From positions 1-64,000 of the forward strand of contig JBFMDV010000027.1 of NCBI GenBank assembly GCA_040753875.1: DNA of 64,000 bases, given 5' to 3'. The notes beneath the pieces were generated by a model. It did no database searches, had not been told where the DNA came from, and worked only from the letters and a program-made list of their open reading frames with translations. Source of the stretch: Candidatus Zixiibacteriota bacterium. GTDB taxonomy: Bacteria; Zixibacteria; MSB-5A5; GN15; FEB-12. Both the position numbers and the translations under genes were made by a program. Below are positions 27,582 to 37,769 of the stretch, one piece after another (position 1 is the stretch's first letter; the number at the start of each line of letters is the position of its first letter).

Positions 27582-29048
27582 CTATTGCTGAGAAAGGGAA
27601 CGTGGTGAGGACGTTCCCTTTTTCGCATTTCCCAACGCCCCCTGTTCGAACGTGATGGCGTGCAGAATGGTATCGACGAAGAAGTAGTTCTCCGCGCTGA
27701 AGGGCACGTACAGAAGACGCGCTTCCACCGGTGCAATGCCAACCGGCGCCGATGCGAGGCGCGTCTGCTTTGATGTCAGGTCGCGCTGGATAACTACTTC
27801 GGCGAGAGTCAACGCCTCGGTCAAACCGATGGTGGCCGGCTCACAACTTTTCTCCAGACGGTCCATGGTCTCGACCGGCAGGCGGCCCGAAGCCGTCGTC
27901 ACTCGCTTGGTCAGTCGGTACATGCCCTCAAAGCTACGCATCGCGAACGCCGGAATGACCAACTGGTCGGACGGGTAGAGCCCTCCGAGCACGCTGCGGA
28001 CGTCGGCGGCACTTGTGTCGGTCAGCCGAAACGCCCAGAATGGGAACAGCCGGTCATTCGCCGGTTTTGCGTTTGTCGCCGCGACAAGCTCCCGGTTCAA
28101 TAGTCCGTTCGATTCCAAAAACTCCACTCGGTCGCAATTGTGACACGCGTAGACGCAGGAGCGCGTCTCGGGAAGGTCGACACCGCAATTGCCGCAACGA
28201 TGTAACATTACCGATAAGCTGCCGAACTCGACGACAGTATCAACAGGCGACTGACTCGGTCTATCGCTCTCGTCCTGTCCTTCACCGGCCACTTTGCCGG
28301 TAACAGCATCGACGGCAAAGCGGCGCACGGTGCCGGTCGATGGTGATTCAACCAGATAGTAGGGGAAGTACACCATGGAGCCGCGTGGTCGGAAGAGGCG
28401 CGTGGCATGTCCGCCCGGTTTGACCTCTTCCAGTCTGCCGAGACTGCTCACAGTCTTTTCCGACCGGGCCAGGGCATCAGACCATGTTTGCGTAATGGGA
28501 AGCGATACGAACCCATCGGGCAAACTTTCGCGTGAGAACGGAATCATGTGGAGGAACTCCGTTCGCATACCCAGCGAGTACGGAATGGCCGGATCGGAGC
28601 CACAGGCGATTATGGTCGTACTGTACGGCACGAGATTGATGTCGGTGCGTGTGCGCTCCTCCGGTTCCGTATCGGAGAACTCGTCCTCGTTTTCGCACTC
28701 CACTTCGTAGGTGATGGTGCGAACTTTGAGCATGACGGCATCGATCTTCCAATACGGACAGAGAACGGCGGTGATGCTCAGGCCGGAATTCGTCAGCGGC
28801 AGACCGTTGTCCCGGCAGTACCGGTCGACCACGAACCGCACTTCCGACTTGGGCTTCTTCGCTCGCACCAGATAGGCGGGAGGCGTTTCGGGCATGATGA
28901 TGCGAAGCACTGACGCGCAATGTGGGCAGGTGAGCACAAAGAAATTGCTTTGCAGCTCAAGCTCCCCACCGCAGCCGGGACAACTGACATCGATGCTGAA
29001 GCCGACTCTATGCTGGCTTGGTGTCGCCGCCATTGACCTGCTTTCCAC
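27582..29048 (-). CDS. zinc-ribbon-containing hypothetical protein
   Basis: CPGCGG..n..CPHC near the N-terminus and CGNCG..n..CHNC in the middle. Overlaps the upstream SPFH gene by 41 nt. Confidence 0.5.
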   Translation of the reverse strand: MESRSMAATPSQHRVGFSIDVSCPGCGGELELQSNFFVLTCPHCASVLRIIMPETPPAYLVRAKKPKSEVRFVVDRYCRDNGLPLTNSGLSITAVLCPYWKIDAVMLKVRTITYEVECENEDEFSDTEPEERTRTDINLVPYSTTIIACGSDPAIPYSLGMRTEFLHMIPFSRESLPDGFVSLPITQTWSDALARSEKTVSSLGRLEEVKPGGHATRLFRPRGSMVYFPYYLVESPSTGTVRRFAVDAVTGKVAGEGQDESDRPSQSPVDTVVEFGSLSVMLHRCGNCGVDLPETRSCVYACHNCDRVEFLESNGLLNRELVAATNAKPANDRLFPFWAFRLTDTSAADVRSVLGGLYPSDQLVIPAFAMRSFEGMYRLTKRVTTASGRLPVETMDRLEKSCEPATIGLTEALTLAEVVIQRDLTSKQTRLASAPVGIAPVEARLLYVPFSAENYFFVDTILHAITFEQGALGNAKKGTSSPRSLSQQ

Positions 29049-30153
29049 ACGAGCCGCAGAATTTCGAGCCGGGCACCAGCTCCGCCTGGCAATGAGGACA
29101 TGCCAGTTTTGTGTCCAGCTTGTAGCCGCAGAAGAGACAGAAGTTCGCCTCCGTGGGAAGTTCCTTGCGGCAGGACGGGCACAAGTTCTGGACGACCATG
29201 GCGTGACCGCACCGGTAGCAGAAACGAGACTGCTCCGGCGTGTCGGTGTGGCAGGTCGGACAGGTGACGGTCGCCACCGGCTCGCGGCGCAGTTCCACCT
29301 GGTCGGGCGCGAACACTTTGGAGAGCATGGCCGGCATCATCACACCTACTCCGGCCCCCATGCCGAGGGCGGACCCGGTCGACGCGGGACCACCGGCGGT
29401 TCCCAGCCCTTTGGCCATCTCGAACTTGAGGAATTTGTCCAGATCCCCGACGGCCTCGAGACCGGAACGCTGGTCGATCATTTTGGATACTTCATCCGGC
29501 GGCGTGATGGATGAGATGTAAAAGTCCACGAGCGACAATCCGTACTTTTCAAACTCGACTCTGATTGTCTCTTTGAATTGATTCGCCAACTCGGTATACT
29601 GCTTTGGCAGATCGAGCACGGTATCGAGTTTTTCGCCAAGCAGATCGTTCAGGCGGGCGACGATGACATCACGCAGATAGTCCTGGATATCCTCGGTTGA
29701 GTACCGCGCCTGGCGGCCAACTATGGAATTCAAAAACAAACTCGGCTTGTCGACCCGCATGGTGTAGGCGCCGTGTCCGCGGAGCCGAACCAGCCCGAAT
29801 TTGGAATCGCGGAACGTGACGGGGTCTCTGGTCCCCCACTTGAGATTGGTGAACACCTTGAGGTTGATGAAATAAACCTCAGCCCGGAACGGCGAATTGA
29901 AGGCGAACGGAAACGACAGTAGCCGAGTCAGGATCGGCAGGTTGAGGGTGGTCAGCGTGTGCCGTCCCACCGAGAATATATCGCAGGCGTGGCCGTCGCG
30001 GAAGAAAATGGCCAACTGGCTGTCCCGGACGATAAGCTGGGCGCCCAGCTTAAAATCAGCCGAGCCCTCCTGTGGCAGGCGGTGAATAATCTCATCGCCG
30101 CTGGGGTCCATCCATTCAATGACTTCAATCAGAAGTGACATAGGTCTCTCCAA
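29008..30153 (-). CDS. SPFH/Band-7-like (Band_7_1-type) protein with three C-terminal zinc ribbons
   Basis: The N-terminal roughly 250 aa resemble the SPFH domain variant. The C-terminus carries CPTC..CYRCGH, CPSC..CLFCG and CPHC..CGSCG pairs. Confidence 0.55.
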   Translation of the reverse strand: MERPMSLLIEVIEWMDPSGDEIIHRLPQEGSADFKLGAQLIVRDSQLAIFFRDGHACDIFSVGRHTLTTLNLPILTRLLSFPFAFNSPFRAEVYFINLKVFTNLKWGTRDPVTFRDSKFGLVRLRGHGAYTMRVDKPSLFLNSIVGRQARYSTEDIQDYLRDVIVARLNDLLGEKLDTVLDLPKQYTELANQFKETIRVEFEKYGLSLVDFYISSITPPDEVSKMIDQRSGLEAVGDLDKFLKFEMAKGLGTAGGPASTGSALGMGAGVGVMMPAMLSKVFAPDQVELRREPVATVTCPTCHTDTPEQSRFCYRCGHAMVVQNLCPSCRKELPTEANFCLFCGYKLDTKLACPHCQAELVPGSKFCGSCGKQVNGGDTKPA

Positions 30154-30293
30154 GTGAAAAGGCGATTATATAGTCCAATAGGTCTATTGTCGGCAGAGTC
30201 TGCCGACCACTGAATAGTGGTTCGGCCGCGGGAACCTGGCGGGTCGAACGGGGCTTATAGGGAAAATAGTCCGTTTATCTCAGGAGATCCACG

Positions 30294-31208
30294 ATGAGGT
30301 TCGAAAGTGTCGTTGACGCGATTGGTCACACCCCTTTGATCCGGCTCAACCGCCTGGTTTCACCGGACTCTGCTACCCTTTACGCCAAGATGGAAAGCTA
30401 CAATCCGTGCGGTTCGGTCAAGGACCGGATCGGTGCCGCCATGATCGAAGCGGCGGAACGGGACGGAAAACTGAAGCCGGGCATGACGATAGTCGAGCCG
30501 ACCTCCGGCAACACCGGAATCGCCCTTGCCTGGGTGGCGGCGGCGAAAGGGTACCGGTGCGTCATTATCATGCCGGAGACCATGAGCCAGGAGCGCCGGG
30601 CGGTCGTGAAGCAATTTGGCTGTGAACTGATCCTGACGCCAGGCACCGAGGGGATGAAAGGGGCAATCCGAGTGGCTGAGGAACTGGTTACCCAGCGGGG
30701 GTATTTCATGCCGATGCAGTTCAACAACCCGGCCAACCCGGCCATTCACCGAAAGACTACGGGACCGGAAATCATCCAGGATCTTGGGAATCTGCATCTT
30801 GACGCCTTTGTCTCGGGTGTTGGTACAGGGGGAACTGTCACCGGGGCAGGAGCGGTGTTGAAAGCGAAGTATGGGTGCCGCGTGATCGCCGTCGAACCTG
30901 AGGCCTCGCCGGTGCTTTCGGGTGGTCAACATTCCCCGCATCCGATTCAGGGAATCGGCGCCGGATTCATCCCTAAAAACTATGATGCCGGCGTGGTGGA
31001 TGAGATCATTCAGGTGAAAAACGACGATGCCTTCGCCATTGCCAGGGGTCTGGCCAAACAAGAGGGGATTCTCGCCGGGATATCGTCCGGAGCGATCGTC
31101 TGGGCCGGACTTCGGGTGGCCACCCGTCTGGGGAAAGGGAAAACCGTGGTGACCTTTGTCTGTGATACCGGCGAACGATACCTGTCAACCAAACTGTTCG
31201 GCGAGTAG
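30294..31208 (+). CDS. cysK: cysteine synthase A (O-acetylserine sulfhydrylase)
   Basis: PLP-binding Lys in SVKDRIG, plus GNTGIALA and GTGGT(I/V)TG motifs. 304 aa. Confidence 0.9.
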   Translation: MRFESVVDAIGHTPLIRLNRLVSPDSATLYAKMESYNPCGSVKDRIGAAMIEAAERDGKLKPGMTIVEPTSGNTGIALAWVAAAKGYRCVIIMPETMSQERRAVVKQFGCELILTPGTEGMKGAIRVAEELVTQRGYFMPMQFNNPANPAIHRKTTGPEIIQDLGNLHLDAFVSGVGTGGTVTGAGAVLKAKYGCRVIAVEPEASPVLSGGQHSPHPIQGIGAGFIPKNYDAGVVDEIIQVKNDDAFAIARGLAKQEGILAGISSGAIVWAGLRVATRLGKGKTVVTFVCDTGERYLSTKLFGE

Positions 31209-31246
31209 TATCAAAGCAAACACCAACGCTGTCGATATAATGGAAT

Positions 31247-31807
31247 ATGCTGGCGTTCTTTGAAGACATCAAAGCGATCTACCGCAACGACCCGGCGGCG
31301 CGGAATATCGAGTTCCTGCTGTATCCGGGGTTCCACGCGATCACCTTCCATCGGTTCAACCACTTTCTGTGGAAACTGGGGATCCCGTTCATACCGCGGC
31401 TTTTGTCCCAGTTCAACCGGTTTTTCACCGGTCTGGAGATCCATCCGGGCGCCAAAATCGGCAAGGGTTTTTTCGTTGACCACGGCGCCGGCGTGGTGAT
31501 TGGTGAAACCACCGAGATCGGCAACAACTGCGTGCTGTTTCACAACGTGACGCTCGGCGGTACCGGCAAACATCACGGCAAGCGTCACCCCACCCTCGGC
31601 AACAACGTGCTGGTCGGCACCGGCGCCATTCTGCTCGGTCCGATCACGGTCGGGGACAATGTCAAGATCGGCGCCAACAGTTTTGTGGTGATGCGCGACG
31701 TCCCGCCAAACTGCACGGTGGGCGGCACTCCGGCCAGGATCATCAAGCGGAACAATGTTGAGGTCGACGAAGAACTGCCCAAGACGATCATCGATGTCGC
31801 CGCATAA
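31247..31807 (+). CDS. cysE: serine O-acetyltransferase
   Basis: Left-handed beta-helix hexapeptide repeats (GVVIGETTEIGNNCVLFHNVTLGGTG) and an N-terminal SATase helical domain. Confidence 0.85.
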   Translation: MLAFFEDIKAIYRNDPAARNIEFLLYPGFHAITFHRFNHFLWKLGIPFIPRLLSQFNRFFTGLEIHPGAKIGKGFFVDHGAGVVIGETTEIGNNCVLFHNVTLGGTGKHHGKRHPTLGNNVLVGTGAILLGPITVGDNVKIGANSFVVMRDVPPNCTVGGTPARIIKRNNVEVDEELPKTIIDVAA

Positions 31808-31892
31808 GTGAGCTGCGGTCCTAACATCGCTAACAATATCCATATAAAAGAGCCCTTCTTGTTCAGATTGGGCCATTTCTCCGAAGAAAAAC

Positions 31893-31928
31893 GTTGACAA
31901 TATCGAGTTATCGCTCGATATTTAGATG
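31893..31928 (+). promoter_or_regulatory. sigma70-like promoter candidate with an embedded perfect inverted repeat ATCGAG-n6-CTCGAT
   Basis: TTGACA, then a 17-nt spacer containing the palindrome, then GATATT. No plus-strand ORF lies downstream for about 2.4 kb. Confidence 0.2.
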
Positions 31929-32048
31929 GAGAGTTACCTGAATCGCGGCGAAGCTTTGGGGCCTGCCGGAACGGGCGGCTTTCCGATAGTGAATTGCTTT
32001 CGTTGTTACCACATACCCTCGGTTTCGCCGGGGGTATGCTGTATAGGT

Positions 32049-32441
32049 TCAACTTTGCGGTGTTCGACGTAACGCCCCACCGATCATGACGCCGATTATT
32101 CCTACAATCACGAGCGCCACTTGATACCATAGGGGCTGAACTCCCCGCGCAGCGAATGCCGAAACAAGCCCCATCACAACAATCACGGCCGCCAGCCAGT
32201 AGATGTGTTGCCCTGGTGTCTGCCGGGCTATGAGAACTGTCACATTTCCGCCGGCTGCCGCAAACACCAGGCCGGTCCCGAGAATCACGAGCGGCCAGGG
32301 CTGAAGCGGGAACAGGTTTCCCTTGTCCATGCCCACGCCAAAATGCTCCGGCACAAGAATGCCAAGTGCCGCGAAAAAAATGAGGGTGAGTACGGCCATG
32401 ACAAGATATCCGGCGGCGACGGCCAGAATGCTTCGTACCAT
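32049..32441 (-). CDS. small integral membrane protein (about 4 transmembrane helices)
   Basis: Hydrophobic. GAGGA RBS 9 nt before Met 32441. Confidence 0.4.
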   Translation of the reverse strand: MVRSILAVAAGYLVMAVLTLIFFAALGILVPEHFGVGMDKGNLFPLQPWPLVILGTGLVFAAAGGNVTVLIARQTPGQHIYWLAAVIVVMGLVSAFAARGVQPLWYQVALVIVGIIGVMIGGALRRTPQS

Positions 32442-32581
32442 GATGCTATTCCTCTTCGACTGAGTTGGTAACCGACAGCGGAATAGTAGATTTGCTGAGT
32501 CCAAAAAGCAAGCCCGGGGGCGTGATACGCATCCGGGCACTATCAGGCCATGCCGGCCGCAATTATGCTACCACAGGTCGC

Positions 32582-33337
32582 TCATTTGTCGGCGGTGCCC
32601 AACGGCTTTCCCTGCGCAAATGATTCCTGCCTGGCTTGCAGTCCGTTTTCGTCCCAGGTGGTCCAGACACCCACCTTCTCCCCTTCGTGGTACTGTCCTT
32701 CTGTCCAGCGAAGTCCGTTCACTCGCCAGGTGGCAAAGGGACCCTGTAATCGACCGTTCTTGTAGGCGGATTGCTGCTGCTTCTGACCGGATTCATACCA
32801 AATGGTCCAGGTCCCTTCGGGAAGTCCCTGCAGATACATCCGCTCTTCCTGTTTGGCTCCACTCGGATACCAGGATACCCAGGAACCGTGTTCTTTCCCA
32901 CGATTGCAGAACCACTCCTCTTTGCGCTGACCGTTGGCGTACCAGCGCGTCCAGTGGTCATCCGGTTTCCCCCGATAGAACTTTCCCTTTTCCTGCACCT
33001 GGCTATTCTCGTAAAGGGCGACATACGGCCCGTGAAGCTGACCCGACAGGTAGCGGCAGGTTTCCTTCTGGGCGCCGTTTTCATAGTAGGTGACCCAACT
33101 GCTCGAACGCACCCCCTGCTCGTAGGTTCCCTGGGTCTCCTTTTGGCCGGAGGGGTACCATGAGGTGAACTGTCCCTGTTTGACAGCCGTCCCGGTGGAA
33201 TCGCTTTGTTCCATCCATTGGGCTTTCAGACGGTGGTCCGGATAATATTCCCGCTTCTGACGGAATGTGCTGCTACAGGCGCTAAGCAGCAACGCAGCGA
33301 TAAGAAAAATCGAGGTGGCAACTAAAGTCTTTTTCAT
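32582..33337 (-). CDS. MORN-repeat lipoprotein (YwqK-like repeat family)
   Basis: Lipobox LLLSAC|S. Repeated W(Y/T)..G.K...G.Y..G units. Confidence 0.65.
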   Translation of the reverse strand: MKKTLVATSIFLIAALLLSACSSTFRQKREYYPDHRLKAQWMEQSDSTGTAVKQGQFTSWYPSGQKETQGTYEQGVRSSSWVTYYENGAQKETCRYLSGQLHGPYVALYENSQVQEKGKFYRGKPDDHWTRWYANGQRKEEWFCNRGKEHGSWVSWYPSGAKQEERMYLQGLPEGTWTIWYESGQKQQQSAYKNGRLQGPFATWRVNGLRWTEGQYHEGEKVGVWTTWDENGLQARQESFAQGKPLGTADK

Positions 33338-33551
33338 GACAGATATCTCCCGAGTTGTTTCGGTCAGTATCTGTCATTATCGGATCGGCCGGACCGAAAT
33401 TTGAGTTGAATGTCGTCGATGGTTGTCGGTACTAACGGCGTGACATTCGTCGATTGCCCAACTTTTGAACAACCGTACCACAGAAATACCTATGAAAATG
33501 GGCAGAGGTATGAGACCTCTGCCCCGCTGAAATCTGACTATGATGACAGGA

Positions 33552-34136
33552 TCAGTAGGAGTACTGTGGCTCCCAGCCGTTGGCCCCTTTGGGGAGCAGG
33601 TCGAGAAAATGCCATACGGCGCAGAAGTCATCACCTGGGCCGAAGTAGGTCTTTGCTACCTGGAAGATTCTCCCCTTCTTATCGCGCACGAACGCCGAGA
33701 CACCGGGCCAGGGGCTTTCGTCTTTTGAGGCGAACCCCATGTCGGCGAAGAAGCGGGTGCCGTAGCTCGAGAACATGCGGAATTTCCAGCCCCGCATCTG
33801 GCCGAACGCCCGTTGGGTTTGATAGTCGTCGGGAGAGACGACTACGAACGGCAAACGGTTTTCCATGTGCCAGTAGATGCCGTTGAACCCATCGGCCCAC
33901 AACGTACAGTAGCGGCACGCTTTTCCCATGTTGTGCACAACAATCAGCTCGTTGCGCTCGTCGAAAAGGCTGGACAACGTGACATCGGCCCCCTCCCACG
34001 TCTTGAACGTGTAGTCAGAGATTTCCTTTTTGGGGAGCTTCTTGCGGAGTTTGGTCAGTTTCTGTTTGGTCTTGAGAATCTCTTTTTCGAGCTTCTGGAC
34101 TTCTTTCGCCGCGCCGGGGGTCGCCGTTCGCGCCAT
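33552..34136 (-). CDS. DUF899-like thioredoxin-fold protein (true start Met 34136; the longer ORF to 34820 is an artifact)
   Basis: AGGAG RBS 7 nt before ATG 34136. Conserved C..C (ACRYCTLWADG) in a thioredoxin-like context. Confidence 0.5.
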   Translation of the reverse strand: MARTATPGAAKEVQKLEKEILKTKQKLTKLRKKLPKKEISDYTFKTWEGADVTLSSLFDERNELIVVHNMGKACRYCTLWADGFNGIYWHMENRLPFVVVSPDDYQTQRAFGQMRGWKFRMFSSYGTRFFADMGFASKDESPWPGVSAFVRDKKGRIFQVAKTYFGPGDDFCAVWHFLDLLPKGANGWEPQYSY

Positions 34137-34325
34137 TTGGTTACTCCTTCTGATGACTGTTTGATGAGACAATCTAATATCGATGAGCCTGGTACACAAT
34201 AGGCTCGATATCACATGTGAACTTGCAGCCTTAACGTGAAGTATCTGCCAGTTGCTTTGCCTCTTTCGCTCGACGCGCGACCATTCTATATTGCCGCCTG
34301 ACATGCAGCCCAATACAACAGAAGG

Positions 34326-37300
34326 ATGGTCGCGATGATCTGCCGTGCCTTGCTCCGTTTGACTTCGTTTATTCTTGTGATCCCGCTCACATTCATAACC
34401 TCGGTTGCACTTGGCGCAGACCCAGACACGGCCAAGGCCGAAAAGAAATGGGATGTCACCAACCCCGGCGTCCCCTGCGACACGCTGGAGTTTGACGCCA
34501 CCGAGGGGACCTGGACAAGTCTCGATGTCAGTCCCGACGGACGGAAGATCGTGTTTGACCTGCTTGGGGATATCTACGCCATGCCGATCACCGGCGGCAA
34601 TGCTACGCTGCTTTCCGGCGGTTTGCCGTACGAGACACAACCGCGGTTCAGCCCGGACGGGAAATGGATTTCGTTCACCAGCGACCGCGGCGGCGCGGAC
34701 AATATTTGGATCATGCACACGGATGGCTCCGAGCGCACGCAAATCACCAAAGAAGATTACCGTCTTCTGAACAACGCCAACTGGCACCCCAACGGACAGT
34801 ATATCATCGCACGGAAGCATTTCACCAGCGAACGAAGCATGGGAGCCGGTGAGATGTGGCTATACAAGATTCCGGAAGGGGGAGGCGGGGTTGGGCTGAC
34901 CACTCGGAAGAACGACCAGCAGGATGCCGGCGAACCAATCTTCTCGCGCGACGGTAAGTTCCTCTACTGGTCCGAGGATATGACGCCAAGCGGCTATTTC
35001 GAATACAATAAAGACCCCAATGGCACGATCTATGTTGTCCGCCGTCTTGACTTGCAGACCAACGAGATCCGAGACATTATCAGCCTCCCCGGCAGCGCGG
35101 TGCGTCCGCAGATCAGCCCTGACGGGAAAATGATGGCGTTTATCCGCCGCGTCCGCGCGAAATCGGTCCTGGCGCTGTACAATCTGGAGAGCGGCGAAGT
35201 TCGGCATTTGTGGAATGGTCTCGATGAGGACCAGCAGGAGACCTGGGCGATTTTCGGTGTCTACCCAGGCTATTCGTGGACACCCGATGGCAAAAGCATT
35301 GTCATCACAGCCAAAGGGAAAATCTGGCGGGTCGATGTCGCCACTGGTCAGTCGACCGAGATACCGTTCAAGGCTCACGTAGTTCAGACACCTGCCAAAG
35401 CTATCCGGTTCGATCAGACAGTAGCGGGAGAGACATTTCCAGTCAAGGTCATCCGGTGGCCATCTGTTCTAACTAACGGCAGAGATGTAATCTTCCAGGC
35501 GCTTGGATATCTCTACAAATACAATCCGGCCACCGGTGCCCGCGCTCGAATTACCAAACAGACCGACCATTTCGAATTTGCGCCTTCGCTCAGCCCAGAC
35601 GGCAAGTCGCTGGTCTGTGTTACCTGGAACGATCGCACCGGCGGCAGAGTGGAGTTGGTTCGTCTGGACAATGGACAGGAACGTGCACTTGTGAATCGTC
35701 CCGGACACTATGTAACCGCCTCATTCAGCCCGGACGGGCAGTGGGTAGTCTATCATCGAGGTGGCGGCGATGGGTTCCGCGGACGGATTTGGGACGATGA
35801 CCCCGGAATCTATATCATCGATGCCGCCGGCACGAAGGAGTCAAGGTTCCTCACGCGTGAAGGCAGGCAACCGGTGTTCAGCAAAGATGGACAACGGGTC
35901 TATCTGCTTTCAAACGAAGGGAAGAAATCTGCGCTGATAAGCGTGGATCTGCTCGGCTCGGATCGGCGCGTGCATGTGACATCGGAGCGGGCGGTCGATT
36001 TCCGCCTCTCCCCCGACGAGAATTGGCTGGCGTTCGAGGAACTCTGGCAATCATATGTGGTGCCGTTCCCGCACGGGAATGTACCACTCGACATTGCGCC
36101 AGAGATGAAAAGCCTTCCAGTGAGACGCCTGTCGTCGGATGCCGGCACCTATCTCAGTTGGTCACCTGAAAGCAAAACAGTCCGGTGGAGCCTTGGCTCA
36201 CAGTTGTACAGCGTTGAAGTAGCCAAGCTATATGCGGAGGCACCGACGAGCGATAGTGCAGACAAGAAGGCGGATGAAGATAAACCTAAGGTGAAACCGG
36301 ACTCGGTCAACCTTGGCTGGCAGGAACCATGCGACATTCCGAATACTGATCTGTATTTCGTAGGCGCGAAGATACTCCCGATGAACGATATGTCGATTAT
36401 CGAGAACGGTGTCGTCCATATCAAAGGTCAGAAGATTGTTGAGGTCGGGACAAAGGACAAGATCGCGATTCCGGCGAATGCCAAGGTGATCGATGTGAGC
36501 GGGATGACTCTAATGCCGGGACTGGTCGACATTCATGCCCACCCCTGGTCCTCGAACAGCGACATCTACCCGCAACAGGACTGGGCGTATCTGGTGAATC
36601 TGGCGTTCGGGGTCACCACCATGCACGACCCAAGCAACAACTCCCAGATGGTGTTCGCCAATGCGGAACTGGTCAAGAAGGGAACCTGGCTTGGGCCGCG
36701 CGTTTTCTCCACCGGTACCATTCTGTACGGCGCCGAAGGGGATTTCAAGACCGTGATCAACTCGTATGAGGATGCCGTCAGCGCTATCAAGCGGACCGCT
36801 GCCTGGGGTGCCTTTTCTGTCAAAAGCTATAATCAGCCACGCCGAGAGCAACGACAGATGGTGATCAAAGCCGCGCGCGAGTTGGGAATAGAAGTTGTCC
36901 CCGAAGGGGGTTCCTGCCTGTACTACAACATGACGCACCTCCTCGATGGCCACACCACGCTGGAACATCCCGTACCCGTAACGCCTCTGTACGACCCGGA
37001 ATTGCGTCTGCTGGGCCGATTCGGCACTGGTTACACGCCTACCCTGATCGTGGGCTACGGTGGATTATGGGGCGAGAACTACTGGTACCAGCATTACAAT
37101 GTCTGGGAGAACAAGCGGCTGATGAATTTCACCCCGCGCTCAGTGGTCGACCCGCGCTCGCGCCGTCGCCCGATGGCGCCCGAAGAGGAGTACCATCATT
37201 TCGCGCTGGCGAAAACAGCGACCGACGTGCTGCACGGTGGCGGCAATGTAGAGATCGGCGCGCACGGACAGTTGCAGGGGCTTGGCGCGCACTGGGAGAC

Positions 37301-37619
37301 ATGGATGCTTCAGCAGGGCGGGATGACGAATCACGAAGCACTGCGCTGCGCCACCTGGATGGGAGCGCGGGCGATTGGACTCGATAAGCAGCTTGGCAGT
37401 ATTCAACCGGGATTACTGGCCGATCTGATCGTGATTGACGGCGACCCCCTAACCGATATTCGGCAATCGGAAAATATCAAGTACGTGATGGTGAACGGCC
37501 GTCTCTACGACGCGATGACGCTGGATCAGCTTGAGCCGGAGAAGAAGCCACTTCCCGAAGGTCCCAATCTCGACGGCGTGCTGGGCACGGATGTGGGGCA
37601 CGGGTGTATTGGGGAGTGA
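34326..37619 (+). CDS. secreted fusion of an N-terminal TolB-like beta-propeller (PD40/WD40-like repeats) and a C-terminal metal-dependent amidohydrolase
   Basis: Signal peptide. Repeated SPDG(K/R).(I/L).F motifs. Amidohydrolase metal ligands (DIHAHPW, HxH and a downstream His/Asp). 1097 aa. Confidence 0.75.
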   Translation: MVAMICRALLRLTSFILVIPLTFITSVALGADPDTAKAEKKWDVTNPGVPCDTLEFDATEGTWTSLDVSPDGRKIVFDLLGDIYAMPITGGNATLLSGGLPYETQPRFSPDGKWISFTSDRGGADNIWIMHTDGSERTQITKEDYRLLNNANWHPNGQYIIARKHFTSERSMGAGEMWLYKIPEGGGGVGLTTRKNDQQDAGEPIFSRDGKFLYWSEDMTPSGYFEYNKDPNGTIYVVRRLDLQTNEIRDIISLPGSAVRPQISPDGKMMAFIRRVRAKSVLALYNLESGEVRHLWNGLDEDQQETWAIFGVYPGYSWTPDGKSIVITAKGKIWRVDVATGQSTEIPFKAHVVQTPAKAIRFDQTVAGETFPVKVIRWPSVLTNGRDVIFQALGYLYKYNPATGARARITKQTDHFEFAPSLSPDGKSLVCVTWNDRTGGRVELVRLDNGQERALVNRPGHYVTASFSPDGQWVVYHRGGGDGFRGRIWDDDPGIYIIDAAGTKESRFLTREGRQPVFSKDGQRVYLLSNEGKKSALISVDLLGSDRRVHVTSERAVDFRLSPDENWLAFEELWQSYVVPFPHGNVPLDIAPEMKSLPVRRLSSDAGTYLSWSPESKTVRWSLGSQLYSVEVAKLYAEAPTSDSADKKADEDKPKVKPDSVNLGWQEPCDIPNTDLYFVGAKILPMNDMSIIENGVVHIKGQKIVEVGTKDKIAIPANAKVIDVSGMTLMPGLVDIHAHPWSSNSDIYPQQDWAYLVNLAFGVTTMHDPSNNSQMVFANAELVKKGTWLGPRVFSTGTILYGAEGDFKTVINSYEDAVSAIKRTAAWGAFSVKSYNQPRREQRQMVIKAARELGIEVVPEGGSCLYYNMTHLLDGHTTLEHPVPVTPLYDPELRLLGRFGTGYTPTLIVGYGGLWGENYWYQHYNVWENKRLMNFTPRSVVDPRSRRRPMAPEEEYHHFALAKTATDVLHGGGNVEIGAHGQLQGLGAHWETWMLQQGGMTNHEALRCATWMGARAIGLDKQLGSIQPGLLADLIVIDGDPLTDIRQSENIKYVMVNGRLYDAMTLDQLEPEKKPLPEGPNLDGVLGTDVGHGCIGE

Positions 37620-37668
37620 TTGAGGCGTCGGTCCCGCCGCAAGTGGTGGGGTACCAAGTGGATGTGTG

Positions 37669-37735
37669 GTGTCGGGCGTCCTCGCCCGACACGCGATCCG
37701 CCTCGCAGAAGCCGTCAGGCGGGGACGCCTGACGG
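37669..37735. repeat. pair of palindromic hairpins (one of each stem variant)
   Basis: gtgtcgggcg-tcct-cgcccgacac at 37669..37692 and ccgtcaggcg-ggga-cgcctgacgg at 37712..37735. Near-identical to the copies at about 7600, 7800 and 3800. Confidence 0.6.
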
Positions 37736-37769
37736 CACAGCGACTCGACAGTATCACTTGGTGGCACGG

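Noticed and set aside
32582-33337. Calling the MORN lipoprotein an antitoxin (YwqK family antitoxin label used in databases)
   Set aside because: There is no adjacent toxin gene and no evidence beyond repeat-family membership. It is kept as a MORN-repeat lipoprotein.
33552-34820. 422-aa minus-strand ORF
   Set aside because: Only the C-terminal 194 codons have an RBS (AGGAG, 7-nt spacer, ATG at 34136) and recognisable DUF899-like sequence. The N-terminal 228 codons are read-through of GC-rich non-coding DNA.
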